A program made the position numbers and the translations under genes. A DNA stretch of 63,574 nucleotides, counting the filler, from Rhabdomonas costata (lineage: Eukaryota), in NCBI GenBank assembly GCA_019059605.1. It is 36 parts of 36 records of this genome, joined end to end, with 100 filler letters (N's around TTAATTAATTAA, not from the genome) between each part and the next. Parts side by side here need not be neighbours in the genome. Positions count along the whole stretch, not along the records: positions 24,774 to 26,442 come from JAHMHO010010960.1; positions 26,543 to 28,211 come from JAHMHO010010961.1; positions 28,312 to 29,980 come from JAHMHO010010962.1; positions 30,081 to 31,749 come from JAHMHO010010963.1; positions 31,850 to 33,518 come from JAHMHO010010964.1; positions 33,619 to 35,286 come from JAHMHO010010965.1; positions 35,387 to 37,055 come from JAHMHO010010966.1; positions 37,156 to 38,823 come from JAHMHO010010967.1; 28 more parts are not named here. The stretch is one strand, 5' to 3'. Below the pieces are notes generated by a model. The model was not told where the DNA came from. It saw only the letters and a program-made list of their open reading frames with translations, and made no database searches. This document shows, in pieces, positions 24,784-37,197 of this stretch; within the stretch, counting starts at the first letter, position 1; every line of letters starts with the position of its first letter.

Positions 24784-24890
24784 GATGTAGGGTACGGCTC
24801 CATTCAAACGTCTGCTCCCTTAAATAAACGCTCTCAGAGAGAGCGCTTATTTAAGGGAGCAGACGTTTGAATGGAGCCGTACCCTACATC
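24784..24890. repeat. Near-perfect inverted repeat (52-bp arms, 3-nt loop, 1 mismatch) followed by telomere-like CTAACCCTGACCCTAACC
   Basis: Read directly from the sequence. It lies at a contig start. Confidence 0.9.
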
Positions 24891-25029
24891 TAACCCTGAC
24901 CCTAACCTGGACCTGAGTTGTGAGGATGCCGCGTCAGAACGTAAAGGCGAAGGCGTGTGTAAGCGGAGGGGGGTCGTTGTCTGGCGATGTTAAGTAAAAG
25001 AAAACAACAGAAAGGAAAAACATACTTCG

Positions 25030-25850
25030 AGGCAGTGCACAGAGCATATAGAGGCCCGCTGCCATGGCGAGCCTTCCTCGGTCGCCTCAGGAAGCGGCTG
25101 CGAGCCAACCGGGGTTTCAGAGCTAGACTCTGAGGTGGAGAACAGGCTGTCCGCCTTTGGGCGGCTCACACCTCGCGAAGCTAGGCTGGGAAGCGTTCTC
25201 AGGGAGTAGACTCGGAGAGTGTAGGTCTGGGCGACTCGGGTGGCATCCACGCGGTGGTAAACCAGCGGGATAAAGAGGGAGTCAGCACTCTCCGTAATGT
25301 GGTCCACGACCCCCGCCACTTCCGACGAGGAAACGAGGTCCCAGCTGCGTTGCGCCACCAAGTGGAAGAAAAGACAAATTGATTCACACAGGAGTCGTAA
25401 CGCGTCAGAGCAGAGACTTCTACAGCCTTCGATCCGAAAACTGAACAGAAAAACAGGAAGCGCAACAACTTTCACAGTATTCTTTATAATACTCCGAGAA
25501 CGCGAGCATTTGAGAAATAAAAAGCTGAAGCCAGCTAACGTGAGTCGCAAAATCGCAATGTTGGGGGTTCTGGTTTCGAATTTCCAGGCCGATTGGCGTG
25601 CGTCACATTGGGATAAAAGAATCTGTTTCAGCACACTGAATGAGACATGCGACCGCGCTCGGAAAAATCGTATGGAAAACAAAATCATTTATTGATCCCC
25701 AGTCCTTCCAATTGCAACCTTACTCTCGGGAGGGCATTTGGTGTCGACGAGGACGAGTCTGACGCTCCAGGGGGGCTGCGGGGCACCAGAAAAGGATCCA
25801 CAGAAACCCGCAGCTGCTGCACAAGCCCCATCGACGGCAGCTCGGAAGAC
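25030..25850 (-). CDS. Hypothetical protein exons, possibly a calpain domain III-like C-terminus
   Basis: LFIPLVYHRVDATRVAQTYTLRVYS loosely resembles the calpain dIII end (IVP...F.LRVFS). Flanked by S/P-rich exons. Confidence 0.3.
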
Positions 25851-26594
25851 TGCAGAATAGATGTGGGGAAGTTGGATAATGGGAAACGCACGCACGCACG
25901 CACGCATGCGCCCGCGCGCGCGCACACACACACACAGACACTCAGCAGAAACTCATTCTAAGCCCCACACTTTGACAGGTTGCCAGCAAAACAAAGTTCC
26001 AAAAGGCGCTCATGTACTTGTGGCATTTGTAACACTTGCCTTGCTGTGTATTCGATGCGCTCTTGAAACCAGAAAAAATGCCAAAGAAAAGCAAGAAAAG
26101 CAAGCCAATCATGATACGGCAAAACGTTGTCCATGAGATGAGGGAAGAACAAGTTCAAATGTTCACTGCAATTCATCGTTAAACCCTGTGCAACACACTT
26201 GTTCCAGAGCTTGGTCCCCGACACAGATACAGAGAAGCACGAAACAACGCCACGAAACCCTAGGAGTGGGAGAAACGGGGATGTTTCCTTTACAAGGAGA
26301 AGTGTGCGCCAGGAGAAAAACCAAAGTGAGGGGGAGGCAGACACAGGACATCCCCCCGCCAACCAACTACTGCCTCAATGAACGACCTGAAGTGCTGCCA
26401 TATGGTGCAACACAGAGATGGTGAAGGCGACAAAAACAACACNNNNNNNNNNNNNNNNNNNNNNNNNNNNNNNNNNNNNNNNNNNNTTAATTAATTAANN
26501 NNNNNNNNNNNNNNNNNNNNNNNNNNNNNNNNNNNNNNNNNNTTTTGGGTGTGAGTTTGTGCTTGATGTAAATGGTCCGAGTGTTTCGACATAC

Positions 26595-28086
26595 GCTGGT
26601 GATCTGGTTGCGAAGGGCACCGTCCGTAGGCATGGGGTAGTGCTCCAGGATCCTGAAGAGCTTGATTTGCAGCCAAGGGGCCGGGACTCCGTAGTAGACG
26701 TAGTCGTTGGCGCAGTCCTTGGAGAGGATGATCTGTGCGGGAACAGGGGGAACACAGCTCGCCTCGTTTTGAGGGCACGGCAGCGGGACTGAAAGGAAAA
26801 GCTGGTGGGAACGTTCCGTCATACTTTGGACAAAACCCCGATGCACTTGCCCACGCAAGCCTGGTAAGGGGTGATGTCCTTGGCAAGGAAGCCGAGAAGA
26901 AGACTGGCGACGCAGTTGACTACCCCGAAGTCCACCCCTATAGTAATGCGGAAGCAACAGTAAATCGGCAACCTTTCTTCCTCTGCACGAGATGCAAGCC
27001 ATGGATGCGAGGGAAGCCACTAATCTTTCCAAGGTTTTTGAGGTGTCATTAGGAAAACCTTCCGGGCGCATTGGTGCTGAAAAGTCAGGCTCAGCTACAA
27101 TGGAATGCAAAGACACAAAAAGTGCAAACCCAAAAAGACGGGCCCTTCAAGAAAGCAGAGTTGCAGAGAGAGTCGGGAAGCTTCTGCACCGTTCGACGTT
27201 GGTGACCTCCACGTTGAGCAAGAAAACTTGTGCTCAACTACCAAATGTGAACCCCAACCCCCAACCAGCCAGTCCAACTCCGTGTCACGTGCAGCTCTGG
27301 CTTGGGAACCGTATGCACCTTGAATCGGGCAAAGGAAAGCACCCCCCAAACAGCGCTCACCACACGCATACAAAAAACCACACCTCCAAGAAGTTCAAGC
27401 ACGGGCTCAACAACGTTCTCAGGGGAAAGAATCTCGGGGTACTTTCTGTACAGCCGAAGGAGCGTGAGGGCACTCTTCTTCCTCACAATGGCCTTCGTGT
27501 CCCTGGATAAAACCACTCCACCATGAAAATGGAGAGCAGAAACGAACACTGAACAGCGAAAAAGTAAAAATGCAGAATTTCCATCAACCAGCTTTTAGGG
27601 TCGCAGTCAGCTACAAGGGGGAAATGAGAGCATGAAACCTGTGGAGAAGAATCTTCTGCACGTCCTGGGCCATGGACTCAGCAAATTCTTTCCCACCAAC
27701 GTTTGCAATAGCCGTCAACGCCAAGCACTGAAACTGCTCTTTATCTGAGGAAATTGCAGTCAATGTCGAGGGCTTTTCCTTTCCCCACTACAGTGAAGCA
27801 AAAGAACAATGAAGGCGCTTCTTCGCGCATAACCTGCAGAGAGTGAAAACTTTGGCCGGGTTCAGGTTTCACTTTCCTCTACCCCAAGCGCAAGCAAACT
27901 AAGGAGGAAGGGGGGCTGCCACATCAGTGGCGTTTCGTTGTGAGTGTTTCACCCAACAACTAACAACTGTTGCAGTGACAAGTGAAAAAGGAGCATACGG
28001 CAGTTCAAGTCGGATTTAATCGACTGAGTAATGAGCATGAGCAACTCATGGTTCTCATTCAGCAGCAGTGTGCACGCAAGGTAACC
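26595..28086 (-). CDS. AP2A: AP-2 adaptor complex subunit alpha, five internal exons
   Basis: GYLACTLLLNENHELL, CLALTAIANVGGKEFAE, VRKKSALTLLRLYRK, DYVYYGVPAPWLQIKLFRIL. All four introns are GT-AG and in phase. Confidence 0.95.
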
Positions 28087-30855
28087 CTGTAGGACAAGAG
28101 GTGCCTGAAGCAAGAGAAAGGACTTTTTCGTTTGGTCTCATGCACACAGAACGAGGTCACGCAACCCCCCCCCTCCCGCTATTACATTATCAGGCACTTG
28201 TGTCGTTTGAGNNNNNNNNNNNNNNNNNNNNNNNNNNNNNNNNNNNNNNNNNNNNTTAATTAATTAANNNNNNNNNNNNNNNNNNNNNNNNNNNNNNNNN
28301 NNNNNNNNNNNTGTGGGGTGGGTGGATCGGCATCAGGTGCATTTCCTCTTTCATTTTCTCTCTCCGCTTGATGCTAACATGGTAGCAGCGCAGGCTACCA
28401 GGCGTATGTGGTCTGCTCTTGCTCTTGGTGCGTCTGAGCTTGCTTTTTGTTTTCATTTTTGTTTTTGGTTTTTTATTGCCCCTGAGGTCTTGTCCGTGTC
28501 GTTGCACCGCGAGGATGTCAGATCAGAACTATCGAATATATGAAGGGAACGAGATGACAAAGAAATGAGAATGAGGGAGACAAGTCGAAAGACTCAACCT
28601 CAACTCAATGCATGAAGAAAGAGATCAAGACCACATTCAAGAGCAAGAGAGGAGCCGCAGAATCCCAAAAACGCGATATTTCCCTTTGAGTTTCGTATTG
28701 GGAGCGAAAATATAGACTATTGTGACGACAACCAAGCCACGACACCGCGGCGGAAAGTTCTTGCAGTTGCAGAATCAGCACCAAACAGACCGGACGTAAC
28801 GGAAAAGAACGCTGTTGGCTTCAGGCTGACACTTGAGACACACGTACAAACAAACAATTTACAAGAAGGAACGTGAGAGATCGGAGGGAGAAAGCAAACT
28901 TCAAAGGCTGAAACGGCAGTGACAAGTCCGAGAGGAGGGAGGGGGCAAAAACGGGATGAATGGAGAATTTGGTACCAGAGAAACATGGACGCACAGAAGA
29001 GAGGTGACCAAGGACAGAACAAATCTACAGGGAGCAAGCACAACGCAAACGCTGCCACAAACGCAAAATAGAGATCGCCTTGGAGAGCTGGTGGGTTGGC
29101 GCAGTGATAAAGGGTCGGGTGCGACGACCCAAAGCGAGCCCTCTTTAGAAAAAACATTCACTCACAAGGAGGATCGTTTGAAAAAGAGTGGAAGGTGAAA
29201 GGGGTGAAAGGGTAAAAAGCTAAGAGGAATGCCAGAGAAGGGGAGATGAACATGCTGTTTGCAGTGGAGGCAGGAAGGAAGGAGTATGGCCGAACATCAG
29301 AAGCATTGTATTATTCTAGCGTCATTGAATGTTATCTTTTTTTTTACCAGGAGCAAGTTTTGTGTTGGAATGCATCTCCCAATGGTTTTGCTGGCGCTTC
29401 AACTCTTGTCTCCTTACCTGGACCGTCGTCTGTCGTGCGTCGTGTGTCGCCACCATGGTCTGGCTGCTTTGGTATTTCCAAAACTCTGATTCTTCACGGT
29501 GAGCGCTCTTCGTCTTTTATTTTTTATTTTAGTCCAAGCATGTTGCCAGAGAGGTTCGGTGAAAGCCTCGGAGGGGCGTGTTAGTTTTTTATAGGAAATT
29601 TCACCGCTCTTCGCCCAAGTGTTTCATAGCGGGGTTTCCGCTGAGATGAGATTCCGAAACAATTAAGATCTTTGCAAGTCTTTGACATAACTTATTTCCC
29701 GTACTTTTATTCGCATCATTCGCATTAGGGCGATGGCTTTTTACGTCGGCCTTTGTGGTGGCTAGTTGGTGGCTTCCTGTGGTATCCTCTGCTGGGGCTC
29801 AAGACAACTCCACTCGTCTTCTTCGTCGCTCTGCCGCTATGCTACTTGAGTACCACACCCTGGGCAGGACCACTGCGACCTTGCTGTGGCCCAAGGAGTG
29901 CAGCGAGAATGGCAATCCCCCACCTATTTTGCAGATGTTTTTCGCGCCCGACCCGCTGCCGTCGCGGCCTGCAGTCGTGGNNNNNNNNNNNNNNNNNNNN
30001 NNNNNNNNNNNNNNNNNNNNNNNNTTAATTAATTAANNNNNNNNNNNNNNNNNNNNNNNNNNNNNNNNNNNNNNNNNNNNAGGGGTTTGTCAGGTTTTTT
30101 ATACAGGATTTCATTGAGGGCACGAAAGAAGCAAGTCGGGCTGGGTAGCGGCTGCCTGGTTTTGAAACGTCTTGGGGGTTCCTGATGTTGAGTGACAGCT
30201 TGGGTTTCGGGAGAAGCCGGAATTTTTGTCTTGGACTCTTTCGTTTCCCATTTACCTCCCAGTATCCGTGAATAGCGTTCGCTGCTCAGCCGTATGTGGC
30301 GATATCTACGCAACAAACTTCGGAACGACCCTAAATGCTGCCCTTCTGCTGCAATTCCAGGGGAGCGTGTATGGCGCTCAGATGTTTGGCTCAGGCCGCA
30401 CAGCGGCTGGCTTCGCCACCGCGACGACATGTTGTGCTCGTTCCTGGCAAAATCATAATGGCACAAAGCTAGTATTCTGAAGCCCGAAGGTAGGTGCCAT
30501 TGCTCAGGACATCTTCCCGATCAAACGCACTGAAAAATGTCCGACAAGGGCTGAGCGGGTCCCTGCCCCAATCACACAAGTGAAAGGAACAAAGAAATTC
30601 TTCTATCTACATCGAAAAGATAGCAATCACCCGAACATACCAATCCCCCCCCGTTCCAGTGACGCAGTGAAGGGCTGCATACAGCACTCGATCCTCTACA
30701 AGAGCATGGATCGAGCAAGGGGAGGCCCTTTTCAAACAACACTACACAACACCCGGAACCTTCTTTGGCAATTACATCCCTGTTCTGCAGCGATTTCCAA
30801 TGTTTTCTGATCTTCAGCAGACTAACGAGTCGGAAGTCCTCGCCGGCACCTCTAC

Positions 30856-31112
30856 TCACAATCCAGAGGCAGGCTGGTTCTCGGCCTCCAAAGCGGCGAC
30901 GGGGTCGGTGCTCCACAAGGGGTGGGTGTCATCCGTCGGCTGCGGGGGGTCAGGCCCAGCACCCAGCACGGGCGAGGCGCTGGGGTCTGGGAGCCCTTGC
31001 CACAGCAGCGGAAGGGTGTGCCGGCACCACGCTACTGCGCATAGGGGCCCCAGGGTACAGGGCACAAGGTACAGCAGAGCAGGCTGCCCTCTCACCCCAT
31101 TGACGGTCAGCC
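30856..31112 (-). CDS. Signal peptide peptidase-like (A22B) protease, terminal exon
   Basis: GQPALLYLVPCTLG hallmark motif, TTTCACAG acceptor, and a stop at 30856. Confidence 0.85.
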
Positions 31113-31850
31113 CTGTGAAAGGAACGGGGGCGAAAGACGAAAGCTGGGCTGACGAGGCACATGCCCATGCTTCTCACTGGAGGCGACCCACGGGGTGCCT
31201 TGGGGAGCGATGTGGAAGACAAGAGAATGAGCATTTCGGGGCGATGAACGCTGGCCGGTTCCTGAATAAGCTGCTTTGGTGCCACTCACCACCGAGAGTG
31301 CTGTTGCATACCCCAAGAAACCCACGGAACCTGCATGTCATCGGACGTACTTCAACAGACCGAAACCCGGTAGGAGATACAAGTCGATAGCTAGTCTCTG
31401 ACAACGGTACACAGGGCTGCCTGCAGACCTAACTATCAAATTCATATCATTGCAGAGTCGTTCCGTTTATTCCATCCTGCGACCCCAGGCCCCAGACATT
31501 CCATCAAAGCTCCTTGAAACCTTCAAATTGCCGACCCCAGACCTGCTTCCACTTGGCCCCCTCTCAGCCAGTAGTCCTTTAATACACATACAGCGCGTTA
31601 CACCGTAAACTCAGAGCACTTGTTTTTGTCTCAGTATCATGATAACGTTAGATAGAAACATGTCATATGCACGCCAGCCTGGCGGCATTTTTACCGTTCT
31701 CAGGACTTCAATTGGAAAGTGGTAACATACCAAATTCGGGATGCAACTTNNNNNNNNNNNNNNNNNNNNNNNNNNNNNNNNNNNNNNNNNNNNTTAATTA
31801 ATTAANNNNNNNNNNNNNNNNNNNNNNNNNNNNNNNNNNNNNNNNNNNNA

Positions 31851-32680
31851 TGTGTCAGGCTATATATCAACCAGATGTGCGAGAAGGCTAGCAGAGCAGG
31901 GCCAGGCTGGAGATGGAATGACAGCATAGAGACAGTGGGGAAGACCCCGTGCGAGGCAGAGAGCCAGGCCAATGGAGGCATGTCATCCTGAACCCCCAGT
32001 GGTATGCAGGGTAGTGCCCCCAGAGGTCGTCAGATTTACGCCAAAGCTGCTTGGTAAATAGAAAAGTGGTTGGCACCACCGCCCCCGTTTCAGAAAGGCG
32101 ACGCCCGCAGTAAGCATCATCAGGGATACCCCAGGTCAAACGGAAGAGACCTCCGCCAAGTTTTAGATGCCAATACACCTAGGTAAGCCGATGGCTCGGA
32201 CACCTTGTGCAAGCAATGTCGTGATACAGTCGAGTTCGAGTTTATTCCAGAGGCACGACCACACAAAGAGGTAGGAACTACGGGAGAATTCCCGCAGCAT
32301 AGTTGTATTGTGAAACGTGGTAGAAGAGAATCTTTGAAAGTCCAAGCCCTGAAGAGCGCAGCGTGTGACCAAATTGAGCGTATTGGGTGCAAAGTCCGCG
32401 GAGAAATCTAGCGAGTGGTGATCCACATTTACAGGTGACTGCAGGAAGTCAGAGCGCAAAAGGCCCACCCCAGCGAGCAATCCATCGCATAGTTCGATTA
32501 GATATTTACTGTCGATCAATACGCAGAGGGTATTAGTAGTGGAAATGAAAAGTTCTGCTGCTGGCTCAATGGCAGATCAGAGGACGCGATGAGACCCAAG
32601 CGACATAACCGGAAATACTGAGCACAGAGGTACATAATTTACCCCCCACACTAGTGTAGGATGGGATCTAAGTACCATCA
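31851..32680 (+). mobile_element. 5' LTR of a Ty3/gypsy-type retrotransposon
   Basis: Starts TG near the contig start (may be truncated). Ends ...CCATCA, followed by AG and a tRNA primer-binding site. Confidence 0.65.
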
Positions 32681-32682
32681 AG

Positions 32683-32695
32683 TGGTAATCAGAGG
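32683..32695 (+). promoter_or_regulatory. Primer-binding site TGGTAATCAGAGG (initiator tRNA-Met type)
   Basis: Resembles the TGGTATCAGAG iMet PBS. It sits 2 nt after the LTR CA and just upstream of the gag ATG. Confidence 0.7.
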
Positions 32696-32707
32696 TGGAT
32701 ACGAGTC

Positions 32708-33518
32708 ATGTCAGGAAATCAACAGCCCATAACCCAAGAGCAGCGCACGCACCACCGATGGAGCAGAATTTTCTTACTCAAATGGTTTCATTCTTTTGTA
32801 GCATGGAGCAGCAACAGAGGGCAAATCACGGTCTTACTCAGGAGTTGCTTATCAGAGTGGTTTCTGGGCCACCAGAAGAACGTTCGCAGAGTGGCGGAGG
32901 GGCGCCAGCATTCACAGTCCCAGAAGTGGTCGGAGCGTTGCAAGAGAAAGATCCAGAGTTCCAGAAGTACGACGTGAATTGAGCAAATTTCTTTCCTTGT
33001 TTGGTTTCTGTTAAGGATCTGAAAATTTCCGGAGACTTCCAGATCAGGTGGCAATCATCTACGCCGCAGATGCTTTGTGATCATACGCCAGATGGATCTC
33101 AGCGCCAGGCCAGACGTCTGCCGACTGGAAAGAATTTTCTGAAACGATCAAGAGGCCCAGACCTAGGACTATAATGTGGTTTGGATGTTGGAGCAGCTGA
33201 AGATGTCAGAGGGAAACTTTCAGCTTTACCATCAGCAGTTTGTGACTGGGATAAATTTGCTGAATTGAGCGATGTTTTGGAGCGATATCTTATTGCAGTA
33301 CCTGTTAGTAAGTATCAATGCTTCACGTTTGGAACAAAGATAAAAATGCTATGAGCCATACGAGCTCGGAGAATGCTATCAGGCTAAAAAAAAATATCAG
33401 CCTCAAGAGGCTTGAAAGTTGACATCCAGGCGAAAGTGATGGCGAATAATCCGAGGAGACTTAACGAGGCCATGGAAAAGACCTGGCAGTATTTCCGCAA
33501 GACGAGACCCCCCCCCAC
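32708..33518 (+). pseudogene. Frameshifted gag remnant
   Basis: ATG directly after the PBS. The C-terminal GLKVDIQAKVMANNPRRLNEAMEK fits the retrotransposon gag GLxxxI...PxxLxEA signature. Multiple stops. Confidence 0.65.
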
Positions 33519-33793
33519 NNNNNNNNNNNNNNNNNNNNNNNNNNNNNNNNNNNNNNNNNNNNTTAATTAATTAANNNNNNNNNNNNNNNNNNNNNNNNNN
33601 NNNNNNNNNNNNNNNNNNTTTCGCACACTGCGACTCCCGACAAGTACGGGAGGTTCCCAGAGGGGCCTCGGTCGGAGTGGGTGGGCGTTTATGGGAGTGG
33701 ACTCCGAGGTAGTTGCTGCTGTTGTCATGTTTCACCAGTGTCTTCTTGTTCCTCCCTTCAAACTGTCTGTTTTCCCGCACTCACGTTCTCTTT

Positions 33794-33848
33794 TCTTTGC
33801 ATCTGTGCGGCTGTTGTGTGCGCCGGACTTTGAACACTGGACTTGTGT
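33794..33848 (+). repeat. Dispersed conserved motif, copy 2
   Basis: TCTTTGCATCTGTGCGGCTGTTGTGTGCGCCGGACTTTGAACACTGGACTTGTG. Confidence 0.85.
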
Positions 33849-34175
33849 GTGTACAGCATTGTTGTTCTTAGTTCTAAAAGGTATTAGATGTAGTTGTCCA
33901 CATCACCACCTCTACCGGTAGCAGCCTCAACTCCGTACGTTGGAGGTTGGGCCTCACCCAACGTTACGGTTGGGTACAGAGTCACTGCTCTGGTGGGTGT
34001 TTGTCTTGGCCCAGACCGGCCACTGCTAGTCAGATTTCTCCGAAGTGGAGCGCCCCGCCCCTCACTCGCCTGCGGTCGGGAACTCCCTCCGGAATCCCAA
34101 GGCTCTTGGATTCTGGGCTTTCGACTTTCGGCATGCTTCTCCTCCTTTCGCTCGAGCTCTTGGGCTGGCGCTAGA

Positions 34176-34206
<31 letters not shown>
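34176..34206. repeat. (GCT)n microsatellite inside a P/A-rich minus-strand ORF
   Basis: About 10 GCT units. Confidence 0.9.
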
Positions 34207-34208
<2 letters not shown>

Positions 34209-35489
34209 GGAGCTGGTAGGAGCAAAACGCGTGCTGGGGCTGGGAGCTCAGGACGCTGTGGAGGTGCAGGAGGTCCAAAAGCATATGCCGCTAAGGTAGG
34301 AATGCGCAAAGCTGAAGGAACGGCTTCTTTCGTGAAAGACGGCCTTGGCATAATCGAGATTGCGGGGAGGCTTTTATCTATCAGCCGTGGATCACCCTAC
34401 ATCAGCATCACCGGAGCAAAAGACAACCCAGCTTTTTTCAAACTCTTTGTGGAGAGGAGTAGTTTCTGTAGTTATGCGCCGCAAAAGCGACACATGAGGG
34501 TAGTTTTCTGATGGACCTTCTTCTTGAGACTTGAGACTCTGTCGACTGTTCTGGCTCTCTCGCACGCACCGCACGCACGCTCGCCCGCTCTCGCTTCACT
34601 AGTTGCCCATCATGGGAGGCGCAATTTTTTTTTCGAATTTTCCAAAATTTCTCTTTCTTCGTCAAGCGAAGGACTTGGGAAGCAGGCAGATTGCAGCTGC
34701 AGGGGTTGCAGACAGGGGATCAACGCAAAGAATGTCAGTGTACAAAATAGCTGATGCAAGGAGGTTGGGTTTTCGATGTCGTTTAGGCAGCGCTGGATAT
34801 TCGGATGTTGAGATAATTCCTTTGCATGGAAATGTGAATGATCTATCATGAAAACAACCCGCCAGGGCCTTTGTGTCATATCTGTAGGGTTTGTGTAATC
34901 AATTGTGAATTGAATATGCGATTTTACCAAAAAAAAAAACCAGAGCAGAAAAGTATCGCGCGGTCGGGGCCTGCTTTTGTATCCTCCTTGCACAACAACA
35001 GTCACTCTTTGCCATACCAGCTGTTCTGCAGGATGCCGCAGGATTCGGCAGAGATTTCCGAGTCGATTTACCCGTCGATCGCCGAGCATTTCATCCGTAT
35101 GGCCGACCACGGCCATGTGTCAGAAAAGTCCACAAAAAGCGAATGAGGACGCCAAAATACTCACCCACGCCCTGTAGGGGACAGGTACTTACTCAGTTAG
35201 CCCATCATGGGCAAGCGCATGCCTAAAGAACTAACTTGAACTTGGCCACGAAACTCACAGGATACCAAGGGTTGCGCTCACCCACANNNNNNNNNNNNNN
35301 NNNNNNNNNNNNNNNNNNNNNNNNNNNNNNTTAATTAATTAANNNNNNNNNNNNNNNNNNNNNNNNNNNNNNNNNNNNNNNNNNNNGGGTTGGGGTTGTC
35401 TTCATCGTGGGATTCTAGTACTTACTGCACACCTCACGGCTCCTGCAATGTTCGATTCCAAAGAAGAGAGACTGGGCCTTTCCTCGCAG

Positions 35490-36491
35490 GTCATCCTGCA
35501 GCCTTGGCTCTTTCCTCCGACGGAGGTCATGGCTGTCCCCCTGCCTGCTGGAGTGGAGCACCTGTTCAGCATCCTTAGCGTGGCTTGTCTGTCAGCGTGC
35601 GTGGTGATGTACCACCTGCTGTGGTGCGTGGTGTGCACTTATGATAACCCCTTTGGCCACGGCGAGGCCCGGGCCTTTGCGCGGAGCAGCGACGGGGTAA
35701 TCGTGGCGACGACTCCCAAGTTCGACGCCATGTTTGGGGAGGCCAGCCTTGTGGGCAGGTTGGCGAACGCTGCCCTCGGAGCCTCTTGCTCCTTTCGGCA
35801 TTGAGTGAGTAGGGATTACCATAGGTAACATTGCCTTTCATAACCCATCTCCGGAGTAAATGCAACCATAACAGTAACCAACAAAGGCATCAACCAGTGG
35901 ACCACAACGCCATATGTTATAGCAACCCCCCTCCCCGCACCACACACATATGCTCAGGCCACGCATCAGTATCCCACCTCAGCCGCGCATTCGGGCCGGG
36001 CCCCAGACTTGGGTTAATTAGAACTGCTGGTCTCCTCTCCTTCAAGGTGTACCTCCCTTTTTTCGTTGGAATGAACTGCATTTTCTGAGAAAATCCAGCG
36101 AGAAATAGAGAGCACCACATCTCGTCGTCCTGTGTTTGGCGACTCGCGCTTCCTTCGAAAAAGCACTTTGATTTCTGCAAAGGAGAGTAGTCTCAGCCAG
36201 ACGGCTGTTTTTCCGTGTTGGCGCCACGCATTTCTGACTGTGTATGGCGTGGCAGGTCCTACCTTAGCTACCTCCCCAGCGAGGAACTCGCGGTGGAGCG
36301 GCTGAAGCCCACCAGTACAGCGATCTGCCGGCCGAACGCAAGCGGTGGAGATGGCCGTACAAGTGGAGCAGATGAAAGCACTGGGCTGACGGCAGCGGTG
36401 CAGGCGGTGCTGTGCCGGGCCACACGGTGGAGCCGGAAGTTTATTCTGCTGGACCTCGAGAACATCACGGAGGCCTCGCTGCGCAGCGAAG
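35490..36491 (+). CDS. Membrane protein with a possible PAS-like sensor segment; exons 35490-35758, 36256-36491
   Basis: TM helix, then DGVIVATTPKFDAMFG...LVG-RSYLSYLP and FILLDLENITE, which echo PAS start and end patterns. The GT-AG intron is in phase. Confidence 0.45.
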
Positions 36492-37197
36492 GTTGGTCCC
36501 TTCTCCCCCACTACCTTTTGTTTCTGTTCAAGGGGACTGGATGAGAATAGTCAGTCACGTGCTTTCATTGCTTTAAGTGACCTTTTGGAAAACCCTTCTG
36601 ATTTTGTACTTTAATTCGGGGGGGGGGGACAAAATTAGCACAGTCATCTGTGGAGATGCATTATGCTTTGACTGAGCGGCACGTTTGGATTGGACCTTTA
36701 CGGGAGGGAGACGGGGAGATGTACTTGCGCAGATATTTGAGATTATTTGAGGTGAGCAGCTTCAAGTCCCAGGAATCAAAAAGGCGAGACGATATTTTAC
36801 AGACCAGCGGCAAAGGGCTGTCTGCCCTGCGTCCTGTCTGCTTAACCACTGCGGGTTGGCACCCCGTTCGTGCTAACTTGCCCTATATTATTACCCAGTT
36901 TTTTATATAAAAAACGATATTTTCGCTGGCCACAAGATTGGCTCCCAAATGATTCTCTGTGACACTCTCATTTCCTTCTTCACACAAACCCCATTGCCGT
37001 AATTTGGCTGTGTAGCGAATGAGTCCCTTCTGGATGGTATCCTGACAAACAAAAANNNNNNNNNNNNNNNNNNNNNNNNNNNNNNNNNNNNNNNNNNNNT
37101 TAATTAATTAANNNNNNNNNNNNNNNNNNNNNNNNNNNNNNNNNNNNNNNNNNNNAAAAAAAGCGCACGCCACCTTTTACGAGCCTGAAAGATCCTT

